DNA of 64,000 nucleotides, taken from Convolutriloba macropyga (Eukaryota). Position numbers and translations under genes: made by a program. Where the stretch lies: positions 27,156,001 through 27,220,000 of the forward strand of contig NC_134482.1 in the NCBI RefSeq assembly GCF_964194025.1, written 5' to 3'. The notes beneath the pieces were generated by a model. The model had not been told where the DNA came from, did not search any database, and worked only from the letters and a program-made list of their open reading frames with translations. Numbering within the stretch: the stretch's first letter is position 1; every line of letters starts with the position of its first letter. This document shows, one piece after another, positions 1 to 12,319 of the stretch.

Positions 1-739
1 CCCCCCCCCCGCAGTGATTAAAAACCCGTTCATAATAAGCTGTCCGTGTGAGGATGAGCTCTTACTTAACCATAGCTTCAGGTTGACCATAGCCTGACCA
101 ATGTTGGCTGCAATAATGGTACCACGTGAAAGTTTCAGACGCAAAAAAAGCGGCCATCGTCACCAAAAAAGAGCAATGATGCTCATAAAAAGAACAGTCT
201 GAAATGTGGGGAATAATAAGAAAAAGGGCAGCTGAGAACAGGCCGCTGTGGCCTAATGCTGTTCCGCTGCGATGACGCAGGAACAAATTATTAGTATTAT
301 TATTAATTACTCAGGGCGACGTGCCAGGGAAATTGACCTCTGGTCACACCAATTACGCTAGCTACTCAGGATCTGCATGGCATTTGATGTCATAATAGTA
401 GAGCTGGTCGGTCGCAAAATTAATCAAAATTTTAGACAAAAAGTTTTAAAAATTGAAAATCCATGTTAACTGAGACCAGAATAAATTTCGACTTGGAGAA
501 CTTGACAATATTCCTAATTTAATCTGTAGTTATTGAAAAAATGATCTTCAGTAGTTAGTTTGGGAACACACAACCAGTGGTCAAAAAGCACAATAATCAG
601 GTTGTGGTCATTTAAATTCAAACAGTGCCTGGAAACCACTGCTGAAATTGTTTTCAGAAACTTTTTCTTGACTATGTATGAGAAAGATAATTTTTAGGGC
701 GGAAAAATTGAGACGTTTAATAGTCCAGTTTGCTCATGC

Positions 740-1495
740 ATAATTTTAGTAGTCATACGAGGTCGTATATGATTTCTATGAACTCTTGGTAGTCATAAAA
801 GGATCATATATGATTACCTGGAAATCATGCAGGGGTCATACAAAAAAATACAGCCTAAAAACTGTATAACTTTCATTTTCTATCGAAGTTGAAAAAATTT
901 CATGGAAATGATACTTAGTCATGTATAACACATAAAACATTGACTGGTGCCACAATTTCTGGCATAATGTAGTTAAAGGGCATATTAATTTATGGTATCG
1001 AATTTGCAATCCACATTTGATTTGATTCCTTGTGTGCGCTAAAATTAAAAACTTGCAATTTGAGCAAATTCACAAAAAGAATTTTAGGTTACATTCAAAA
1101 AATTTTTAATGTTACCTATAAATGTGTATTTATAAGTTTCAACTGTTTTCGGAGAAAATCAAAACTTTAGTTATATGTTTGGACATGCTCTTTTATTTAG
1201 CGCCAAACTCTGCAAATGATATTGTACGTTAGGGTCTTTTGGCGGATCAAAAAGTGATGCCGGGGAATCACATATGTCATGCCTTTCCTAATAAAATTAA
1301 ACAAAGACATAAATGGTAAACAGAATTATGGAAAATAGATGTATGATTCTTGATAATTATACAAGGATCTTGTATGATTTCTTGATAACCATACAAAAAT
1401 CATCAATGATTTCTTAGTAGTCATACAGAGATCGTGCTAAGAAATACATTACAATCTTATGACACCATATATTATCCTTGTATAACTACAAAGAA
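740..1495. repeat. Two clusters of degenerate ~31-bp repeats (AGTCATAC..GGATC.TGTATGATT)
   Basis: Clusters at about 745-845 and 1340-1490; likely a TE remnant. Confidence 0.5.
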
Positions 1496-3137
1496 GTGGC
1501 GACCTTGAAATTCGTTTGGCAAAAGACCACCTATATAAAGAAAGAGTACAATGAAACTTTAACACTCTATACATCATCAATATTAAAAGATTAGTTGAAA
1601 AGACCAGAGCAGAAACACTAAAAGAAAATAATTATCAGATTATTGGAAGCCTCTAAGAGATTGTCCTTCTGTCAGCCAATCGAAGTATCTACTTTCAGGG
1701 ACTATGAGTGACGTAGAATATATCATCTAATTATTTTCCCACAATACTTATTAGGGATTCAGCTCCTATTATATTGGCTCGGGCTATTTAACAAACTTTG
1801 TTAGTTTATTGATTGTTTGATTGTCTAAAACCTGTTTTATTCTGAGAAAAAAGATAGTTGTGTCACAAAAGTAGCAGCTGAAAATTCAGATATCTTGCAA
1901 TGGAAATATGAAGAGATCAAAAAGACGGGTTGTTTCAAATGAAATAGAAAAAATAATAGTTTAAAACTATATTAATCAAAAAATCTACATCAAATAAAGG
2001 TAACCGCAACATTTTTTGAATTTAGTTTGTTTCCTGAAAAAAATATTAAAATAAAATTTTAGGAAGAAATACTCATAAACAACAGCAAGATCCTTCGAAT
2101 AACTACCACAATTGATAATGCATATAATTTCAAGGAAATATTTTGAGAAAAAAATGTTGAAGAGCTCAAAATATGGAAGCGTTTGCTGCGTTGCATGCCA
2201 AAAAAGCCCATAGTTTGCACCACCGGCACATTCAGATAAAAAAAAGTTGTCCTGTTTGATTTATTCTGAGATCACATTATTTTTGCTCTCAAAAAACCAA
2301 ACTGATTTTTTGTCGCCATATTTCACTTAAAAAGCGCCTATCATACGATGCATTTCAAAATATTAAAACTGATATTGATCAAATTGTTCAAAGTGATTCG
2401 ATAAAAGCGTTTGTCCGGAATTAAATTGGAAAAAAAACAATGGTTTCCAAAGGCAACCAATTTTGCTGTTCTATCTTGGTATTCTGGAACCATCGTGTTT
2501 TTTTCGTTTCAAAAAATCATAAAAATTGAACATAATTGAACAAAATGTAGCAAATCTTGCTGCAATTACAAGTGAATAAAAGATAGTCTAGGAAACAAAT
2601 GTGCGGAAAAAATGCTTTATCTGCTCAATCTTAAGTTTGAGTTGCTTTTGAAGGATAGAAAACCTGGTTCAATAAATGTCTTTGGCTGAATGGCGCTAGT
2701 TAGTATATCTTTAACCGTCGTCATTTCATCAGCAAGTAATTTAGTTGGCTGTAATTCATATGTTTTGGTTCCAAAAAAGTTTTCATATTTATATTATCAG
2801 AAGGTTTTTAAATAACTTCATGGACAGCAAAAATTTTGAAATGCCATAGCAGTTGAATACGCTATGTGCACTAGCCGGTTTTCAGAATACATCTAAAGTT
2901 TTTGGGTACAGTGTAATAATGTGGGTCGAGCTAAACTCGAGTATCAATTTTGGGTTGAGCTAAATTTGATCAACAATAAATTGATTTGAGATGAACACTT
3001 AGTTCCTCCTAAAGTCTTATAATGGACTGTTCAGAATGGTCTTTTCATAAGTTGAGGCCAAAAACTGGGAGGTAGAATTGGGTGTTTCGCCAATTCTTTT
3101 GTTGATGATTCCACTTGATGACTCTAAAAAAATTCTC

Positions 3138-3141
<4 letters not shown>

Positions 3142-3179
<38 letters not shown>
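3142..3179 (+). repeat. (AG)n microsatellite
   Basis: Seen directly. Confidence 0.98.
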
Positions 3180-3180
<1 letters not shown>

Positions 3181-3198
3181 AATTGTTTGTTTGTTTAG

Positions 3199-3299
3199 GA
3201 AAGATCGCTGAGTCAGTGGGAAAGAGCTGTTTGATCCACACTCTGTGTTTCTTCGTTCCCATTCTCAATGTAGTCGACGCCACTTGCATCCGATCAGAG
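3199..3299 (+). CDS. Internal exon of PLAC8/cornifelin-family cysteine-rich protein (GKIAESVGKSCLIHTLCFFVPILNVVDATCIRSE)
   Basis: Acceptor ttgtttgtttag at 3198, phase 1. The peptide fits the middle of PLAC8 (G-k-x-A-E...C...R). The exon ends at GAG|GCAAGT, a GC-type donor, phase 0. Upstream exon(s) not found in the window. Confidence 0.8.
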
Positions 3300-6200
3300 G
3301 CAAGTCAATCAGTCACTCCTTTATATAAACTTTTTTATTATTGTTACCTCCCGTACTACATAAATTGGATCTATTCTGTCCCCCCAGCTTAGTGGGTAGA
3401 GAACTTTTGCGTCAACTAGGCGCACGTGCTATTTCTGTAAATAGAAACGGGTTATATAACACCACATAACACCACGTATTTTTTAGGTGGGGGTGCATAT
3501 AGAGCACTCGGGTAAGGGCAAAGAAAATATTTAAACTTACAAGATGGTATCGACTACGATTATTACGAAAACACACAATACTCGAATATTTTCTACAAAC
3601 TTTCAGTTTTTTCGCAAAACAACAGTTGCAAGGACTTTATAGTTTAATGGATTTCCAAAACCTCAGATTTTCGCAGTATTATTCGGATATTTTGTTTTTT
3701 CGTTAAGTTGTACAGCAAAAGAAAAAAGCATTGAAAACTAAATGCAGTATATTTTAATTCTGTAGTGGTGGTGGGGATTCGATTCGCTAGAGCATAATTA
3801 CAATAGAGTTTAAAAGGATATGAGTTACGATATTATGTGAAGGAATAACTCTCACTTTTTCTCACTATGACTTTTCTAATTACCAAACCTATCTTTCATG
3901 TGCTAAAAAAGATTAGGTTCAAAAACTAAATAGGGCAAAGATTGAAAAATGAGAGCAAAATTGTTGGATAGTTTCTCTATTAAAATATTGGGTTTGTGTT
4001 CTGAATTTTGACAAAAAATTTACCCTTCTCTCTCTAGGAATTTACCCTTCTCTCTCTGTGATTTGCTAAAAACAGACTTACAATTGATGCCGGAAACTGT
4101 TCTTCCCGCTTAGCGGAATGCATATAGATCCGTCGGATCTTTTCTTTTTCGGGCCCCCAGTGTTTTTTATGAGCCCCAGTTACAAATTATATGTCAATAT
4201 ATAGCACGTTACTATGTAAAAAAATAGCACGTGCGTCTTGCGGTCATAAAAGAAATATGCTCACTAACCTGGGGGGAAACAGAATAGATCCGATCAGTCT
4301 TAGAGCAGAGAAGAACTACAAAACTAAAGCTGTTTTTCAGCGTCTTGAATCACTACTATTTTTGTCCAAGCTACTACTTTTCTCCTAGCTATAATTTCGA
4401 TGGCAAGTATTTCAGTTGATTCAACACTTTTTGTGATTATGAAATATGTGATTGGCTACGAATTAATTCTTAGATCAATCGTGGAGCCCACTAATGCTCG
4501 TCTTTATCCATCAGGAGGAGATAGTTTCAGACACGGCCTGGATAGTCTGTTTATCCATCACTATATCTTCGTAATAACAGTGGCAGTGAATCAGTCGCCA
4601 TTGCGTAGGCAATACTGTATTAATTACCCAACCTATAAATAGCAGTATTGCCTACAAATAAAGTAATCCTTTGATCCAATGAATTAAGCATGGCAACTCG
4701 CTTTTAAAATTCCCTTCAATTTATATTAGACTTAAATAATTACGATACTTCTGTGGCGCCGTTAATTCGGCGGCAAAAATCCAATTAGCAATAAAACAAA
4801 AGCAAAGTTTAAAGAATTGGACGGTTTTTTGTTTCCCTATTGAAAAAATTCAGGGGGTAACAGGAAGTTAACGGCAAGTTGATCTGATCAACTCCAGGAG
4901 AAGAGGATCACATGTTGGGAAAAAAGTAAAAACTGAGGAATCAAAATAAGGACCAAAACATAAAACGAACTATTGTTGTGAAACAAATGACTTCTTCTGA
5001 TTTCAAGCAATAAAATAGTCATTTCTTCATAATCGTCAGAAAGTTTTGACTGATTTCAGCGACCACGAAATTGCTTTTAGAAGGTTCTTCTTTGAAAAAT
5101 TTTTCGCTTAAGATACCAGCAAATTCAAAAAAAAATTAAAAAAAAACAACTCACAACGCTATATATTACAACGACAGAAATTGCTCTTTAAAATGCCAAA
5201 GCACTTATAATGTTAAGATTTTTTAACTTCTTAAAACCCGCAAAGATGGTTAATGAACAAGGTTGCGTGATTTTGAGAAGTCATATCGAAGTTCTTCTAA
5301 ATTACTTGACGTGCTAAGTGAGATCAAGCAGACACGTAGTATGACACGTAAAATAATATAAGTCATATAGAAGCAGCGGTACTCAAGCTGTAAAAATGTA
5401 AAAGCTTGGTGTTTATCCTATCCGAAGTAAATAGAAAATTATCAAATTGCACACAAAGTTACATGCTTATGCCAATACTGCAAAAAAATTATTCTTCATT
5501 ACGAACTATAAAATTAACAAAAATGCTGTACTCTAAGATGTAATTTTATTTTTGATTTGTTATGAAACTCAAAACCGTTTTCAAAAATATAAGATTAAAG
5601 ATATTAATTTTTTGCAAGATCATAAGAAAACGGAATTTTGATAGCTCCTATGGAACGTGCATAGCTATACTGCTTGAGTTGAAGTTCAGTCAATAAGGGC
5701 TCGTAGGCGCCGTTTTAATTCTCGAAATTTATCAAGATTGAAGAAAAAGGGATGTACAAGGGACGTGACTCTGCTTCCAGTACTGAGAACTTCCGTATCC
5801 GAGTAGGCCAGTACTGAACTAAGTGAATTTAGAGAACCCAGGAGAACTTAGAAGAATATTCAAGCGGTAATTAACGGAGGGGTCCCAAATTATCAAATTA
5901 ATATCGAATCATTTGGTAAAAACTAACGGGAAGCAGCATATGTCATATAAAAAGTTTAAAAGCGCTAACTTGGGGATCCATAACTATAAATTTACTTTCA
6001 CTCATAACATCAGAATTTGTAGGAAATAAACAGATCACCATAGAATTTGTCATACAGATTAGGTCTCGAAATTTCATCCAATCACCAGGGGCGAAATTTG
6101 TTGTGATTTCACCCATTGGTCCTCTTAATAAGTTAAAACGTAAACCCTAGTCATCTCTTTGCATGCCCTCTTCTCAGGCTTCCCAAGTCCTTGGGAGTAT

Positions 6201-6639
6201 CAAGATTTAAGTTCCAGCGATTAAATACAACTTTGACAAAAATTTTGGCATAAAATTAGAGCTTAGAGAACCCAGGGTACGATTTCATTGGTTAATTGTT
6301 GTTTGAGGCAGAAAGCTTACTTTGAACAATTAAACTTAGACTTAAAGAAGTGAAAGTCCTTTTTTTTGCCCTAAACTTAGTGTCCTATATGACACCAAGT
6401 TGAGGACACAGAAATTAGACTTTCGCTTTTTGAGTCTTTTCTTTCACTTATCTGCAAAGTTTTACTCTTCAAATCAATTTCTAGCGGAATTAAACATTCT
6501 CGTACCCTTTGGTTCTCAAAATACGTTTGAAAAAAATCTTATTCCCCCTTCGGGTCTCGTGTCCGGGCAATAAGTCCCTCGGGCGCCTAAAACTTTGTTC
6601 TAACATATATATAAAACACTGACGATCTTTCTGTTTCAG

Positions 6640-6777
6640 GCGATAGGTGAGAACATAATACTATCCTTGCTGCTAATCCTGTTCTGCTTCCCCCTAGCAA
6701 CCTGTCAGGAGGCGAGAGTGAAGAATGCAGACTTAATGGCCGCGCCCATGGAGGAGCAAGCCATGGACAGGGCTTAA
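6640..6777 (+). CDS. Terminal exon of PLAC8-family protein (AIGENIILSLLLILFCFPLATCQEARVKNADLMAAPMEEQAMDRA*)
   Basis: Branch-point-like ctgac, pyrimidine tract and cag acceptor at 6639, phase 0. FCFPLATCQEAR fits the PLAC8 C-terminal C-x-x-x-A-x-x-Q-E-x-R motif. Stop TAA at 6775-6777. Confidence 0.85.
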   Translation, partial: AIGENIILSLLLILFCFPLATCQEARVKNADLMAAPMEEQAMDRA

Positions 6778-7231
6778 CTCATTCATACATGCATAAATAC
6801 AAGAGAAACCTCAAACTCATATTCGTCTCATTCGGTCACTAATTGAGACAAAGTATTACTGAACAACCTCAAAACTAGAGAAAGTCTAGATTCAATTTAA
6901 AGATAGTGTGATAAATTTTGGAATGGTTTGTAGTATTACTTCAAGGTCAATTCTTGTTGGTCTTATTAATCAATCATTAAAAAAGCTAATTTATTAACTC
7001 AAAATGAAAATTTTCGATTTTCGGAAGTTATTTGGGGCATAATTTGCAAATAACCCGTCGTTGCGATGAAGCAGGTTTTAGTTATCGGTAATCGCAGGAA
7101 AACTAATTGATCAAACCTCTTTCGACCCATCCAGTTACATCGAACACAGATACAAAAGTGTTATACTGTGAAAAAGCAACTTTTCTACTGAGGAACAAAT
7201 CTTTGAAATACTGTCATGAAAATCTGAAAAT

Positions 7232-8425
7232 CCCAGGTTGACCAAATCTGGAAAACTTAATAAAGTCTTACTACTTAGAAAAAAACGTACTAAGTCTTGT
7301 CAAGTTTACTACGGCACCGTACCACGGCCGTACTGAAGTGCCGTGCTAAGGCCTTATCAAAATAAAAAAGGTGCCGTAGTAAGATCGTACCAAATTTAAT
7401 ATGGTGCCGTAATACGGCTGTATCAAGATTAATAAGGTGCCTTTATATTTGAAATACACTGAACACTGTCGGAAAACTCTCTAGTCATGTTAGAAACTGG
7501 CTGCTCAGAGTATTCCAGTATAATTTGTGTGGTTTTTTCCACCTTTCTCAATCCAGTCCTGAGAACGGCAGTGGTGGTGTTACTGAAATTAACTATAGGA
7601 GTACTGATATAGCACGGTAACAACCGTGCTCGTACAGTTCTCCAAAACAAACAAAACCAGACACCAAATAGAAAAATAAGACAAATCAACTTTAAATATA
7701 TACGATACTGCTGAAGACAGATTTTCAATGAATCTGGTGTCTACATCTCTGAGTTATCTTCAATGGAAACAGAGGCAAAATATTTATTGCAGCATTCTGA
7801 TTTCCTTGAAGCCATTAACATTGCGGTTTTTGAACTTCATTTGGTCAATCTTTATATTTAATGTCGATTTTAGGATGCCAGAACTCGCGTTGCCCGTAAA
7901 CACTTGAATCTGACTAAGTTGCTTTTTCCTTGAGTTACTTAGAAACTAAATTGAGGTCCTTAGAAAATTATGTACATCCAGAAAACTTTGTCTACAAAGA
8001 TTTCAAAAATTCGTACGGCCCTATAAATTTCAAACCGTTTTGAGGTAAAGGCTTATGACCGTCGGTCGTTTTATCAAAACAATTTAAAAGCCATAAAAAT
8101 ACCTTAGAAATCTTACGAAACTTGATACAGCCTTATAAAGAGCCGTACCAAGTTTTCCTTTTTTCAGAGTTATGCAAAGTTGTAGCCAGTACCAAAATGT
8201 AATGATAGTATGATCTATATGAAATAAACGATAAATTTGAAATCTATTTTAAAGTAAAGCTTAGAAGTCAGACTTTAGAAGTTGCTAATTGCATCATCTG
8301 GCTACGTTGCCGTATAAAACTTATTAGGGCCTTGTTCGTCACCGTAAAAAGTTTTGTAAGTTCTCTACGGAGCCGTATAAGTCTTAGTCAGTTCTCAAAG
8401 TGTGGTCTAAGGTAGTCAACCTGAG
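7232..8425. mobile_element. Putative non-autonomous DNA transposon (short TIRs plus subterminal repeats; CMC/EnSpm-like layout)
   Basis: CCCAGGTTGAC...GTCAACCTGAG termini flanked by AT on both sides. CCGTA/TACGG motifs cluster near both ends. Confidence 0.5.
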
Positions 8426-9029
8426 ATGATCCCAAACATGTGATCAGATTTCAAATAAAGGAAAAAAATAGCACAACTGTTCACGCTAACACCCTGAAGA
8501 ATAAGTTGTCTTAGGTTCATTGTTCAGTCTTCAAATGTACTTTAGATGAGTTTTCCATCATTTGCCTCAAGTTCAAACTTAGCTTCAGTGATAAGCTTTG
8601 ACTTCAACTTATTTTCTTAATTTGAATTCAATAAGTCAAATTTTAAAGAATTTTTTTCAAAGGCAAACCAATGACAAATAAACGAAAGACTTCAAAAGAA
8701 TAGAGGGCTTGAATCAACGAACAAACTTAGACTAACATTCACACTAAGAAATGCCAACGGTTTCATTTAAAATTGTAAGCGAATATCAAAGAAATAGTGT
8801 TAGGCTGGACAATGTTAAGAGCAAATGGAAAAGTTATGAACAATAATTAAATGTAAAGGTTACTGAATTATGAAGCCAAGAATAAATCTTTTAATATTTC
8901 CGAATCACATTAGTGTATATGGCGACAGTTGGACACTTATTTAAAAACAAAAAAAATTGTATTTTTAATTCTACCGGAATATTGACATTGATTTCATCTG
9001 ACTTGTGCCCGCGTCGAGGTGTCAACGCT

Positions 9030-9670
9030 AATAAAATGTAAGAAATGCCGTGAATACGGTAAAAAAATGTAAGAATTGCGACTTTTAGCGTAGAATGCAG
9101 TGAATTCGGTAAACAAAATTCACTGCTAAATACTTCATATCTTACGTCAATTCACCTGTGTAAATTACTTTATTATTTTTGCGGTCAATTTTTTGGCTGA
9201 TTTGCGGTTTTCAGTGATGAAATGCTTATTTTCACCGCTTCCCGTCAGTAGCGGTGAATTAATTTTTTTCACCGATGAAAATAAAAATTTCACCTCTAAA
9301 AACTGCAAATTTTTCAAAGTTTCAATACATTGGTTTTCCAAAACCTTTATTCAATCTCATTTCACAAGAAACATTATAAAATACAGTGAGAAATGTTGGA
9401 GCGCAATAAGGTGTTGTTGATATGCAGGAGGTTAGAGGTTTTAACCTGTGTTTTAACGGCAGTTTCTTTATGCAAGAAATCCAGAGATAGCGGTAAAAAT
9501 AAAATTTTCGAAGCCAAAAACCTCAATTCTTACAAAAACTCACCGCTAAAAGCCGCAAATCTTACAGAAATTTACCGGTAAAAATCACTAATCTTACAAT
9601 ATTTCACCGCGCTCATCTCATTATTGTTAAAAGATGTGGACGCTTCGCGGTGAAAAATATTTCTTTCATC
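9030..9670. repeat. MITE-like remnant with inverted subterminal TGTAAGA/TCTTACA repeats
   Basis: TGTAAGAA copies at 9037-9080 mirror TCTTACA copies at 9528-9600. Confidence 0.45.
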
Positions 9671-12319
9671 GCTAATTACAATATTTTTTCGACAAATCCT
9701 TGACCGGCTGAGACTTGATTTCTTGTATAAAATCACGAATACACAAATTTGATCGAGGAAATTGTCTTGGTGTAATAATGTTCAGAGGATAATATTGAAG
9801 GATGTGTAAAATTTGTTTCTCATATTGGCTTGTAGTGATTTCTGCGGATAGTTTTTTTTCTATCTGCAAGTATCTTATATTATGACACTTTTTGCTCCAG
9901 CAGAAAGTGTCATAAAAGTCGCAATTCTGACTAACTTAGTTGCTTTTCTACCGTGAGTAAAAAATTATGCATAATTCCGTTCAAAAAGCCGCACACTGAT
10001 GCAGACGGCTTTGCATTAGGGCGTTTGATGAGAGCGTTCTCGTGGAAGCAAGTTAATAGTTGATTACGCAGGAAGAACTTTTTGTTGATGAAAAAGATTT
10101 TACTACGCAACTTATTTGTCTTTGTTTTTTCAACTGGTCTTAGGAGCAGGGCAATTAACCTCAATAAACAACTTGCTGAAAGCAAAAATGTAGGCTCAAT
10201 CTCAGTAAAACTAATGTCCAGTTCTACGTTTTTGTTTCGGTCAACTAGATTTTTAAACAGAAAATGTAGAATTCAATTGTCCTTCCAAACGCCTATGTAG
10301 CAAAAACATATTTCCAGCATTTCAAAAGAAAAATTTTATGACTATTGGATTCTTTGTTTTTTGGTAACTATACGCTGGAACCATTGGACAAAGAGTCCAT
10401 ACTTGAATCATCTCTAACTGCTTTATTTGCAACAAGCTCCACGGGGGCAAAAGGGGTAAGATGGTAAAATAAGAGTAAATTCGCCGAAGAAATAGTGTTT
10501 CCAATTCCAGGTAGAATTCATAAACCCAAAAATAAAATTGATACAAATGCGCATCCCCTTTGCCTAAACCGGCAGGAGAAAAATTCTAAACAAGAAGTAT
10601 CTAAAGAGCAAAAACACGAGCGAGATCGGAGACAGGGAGGACGAAGACGCCGTAAGCCGTTTTCACTTTAATTACTGTGTTGTTTCCATCTTTTTAAGGG
10701 AACACTTCTTCCACTCTTGCCAGAGAGCAAAAATTACTCGGAGTGGAGTCTATGGAAAACCACAACACATCATTGACCTTAATCAAACTAGGACCTTACT
10801 TTTGGTGCATTATGGCCTTTTTTTAGTGTTCGGGAGGTAATCCCGGACAAGTCTTCTACAAATGTGATTGAGGGATTGTTGAACTTACTTCCAAAATTTC
10901 ACCTTGGCCGGATTATTTGACAGGAAGACAACAGGTCAAAGGGATTTGAAAGAATGCGTTCAAGAAAATGCTTGTTTTCAGATCCGGGCATGTCACCAAA
11001 AGAACAGCTTGTGCTGTTAACAGACAAGTAAAGATGAAGCCATACTGTTTTTCGATCTTATCTTTTCCCTCTTTAACATGAAAGAAGCTAAAAACGAATA
11101 ATCTGCAGGTGGCAAAGAAAACCTTTTTTCAGGCAGCCAGGAAGCGGTGTCTCGATTTTTGGAGGTTTGAAACGACGATAAAAAATCATTTGTACCTAAT
11201 GCATTAAAGTGTTTTGAGGATACCAATTCCGTAAACCCTTTGCTCTACAAATACTTTAGTTGCTTCAGTTCTCTGATTTACACAGAAACGATGAGCAATT
11301 TTAAGATGAAAACTGCAATTATGGTGTTTGGCTTGAAATAATTTGGGCTCCACAGCAACTCGAGTTCACTGGGGGCAAAAGCTATCATTCGACAGGCGCT
11401 TAATTTCCAGTTGTTATCGGGTTATCCACTTTTTATTGAATACAAATGACAGCATTAACGTTAACAAGCGCATAATATTGAATTGAACAGTTAAACAATA
11501 AAAACTAAAGGTTTGTCAAAACTTTCTCAAAAAAAGTTTCTAAGACTGAAGGCAAAACTTTTCGAACTCTTTAACACAAGCACACATAGATGGTAGAATG
11601 TCAAAACATTGATATCATAGCTTTAAATACCAGTAGCACCCAAACGCAAAAACAATGCACCGAATAAGAGAATATTGATTTTCACTAAATGATGAGATAT
11701 CATATTCGACTTCGAATGATTTTTGCATCCTGTACCTGCCCTCAAAAAACCTTCACTAAGATTGGGATAAAGTCAGTTAACTTTAACAAATTCAATTGAA
11801 CTACGGAAAGATCTTTTCGAGAGTTAAAGTAAGTCATTTATGACCAAAAATTTTTCACACGAATGAACAAAAAATTTCAAAACAGAGTTTAAAAGAATTA
11901 CTCCGCACACAAAACTTTGTTTATTTTAATAAATGCATAATAAAGAAAAAAGATTGGATGTAGGCGTGAGGTCACTAGTTGCAACAAAAACGAGACAATG
12001 TAGATGGGGTGTTGAACTGTTGTGATAACGGTCTTTTGCACTTGTTGAGATTAATAGGTGACTGGATTTTGCCTTGTTAGATGGGTTGAGGTACGGAAAG
12101 AGACAGGAGATTGATAAAGGTGGGAGAGAATGCTGTATGTGGGGGAAGACGTGAGTGGTAGTCCTATTTGGTTATGTATTATCGAATTCGATGGCGCTCA
12201 AGTTTCTCAAATTGACTTTTTAACCATGAATATTTCAAGTAATTAAAATCTTAAAATTATAATGAATGGATTGTTTTTAAGTCAAATTTTGGTCATGAAC
12301 AGATAGATATGTTTTGACT

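Noticed and set aside
3017-3392. ORFs 3078-3392 (+) and 3017-3289 (-) as complete genes
   Set aside because: The RERE and SLSL tracts come from the microsatellite; only 3199-3299 behaves as an exon.
9870-11460. Possible decayed coding or TE sequence
   Set aside because: Slightly higher GC and short ORFs, but no motif I could identify; needs tBLASTx or an HMM search.
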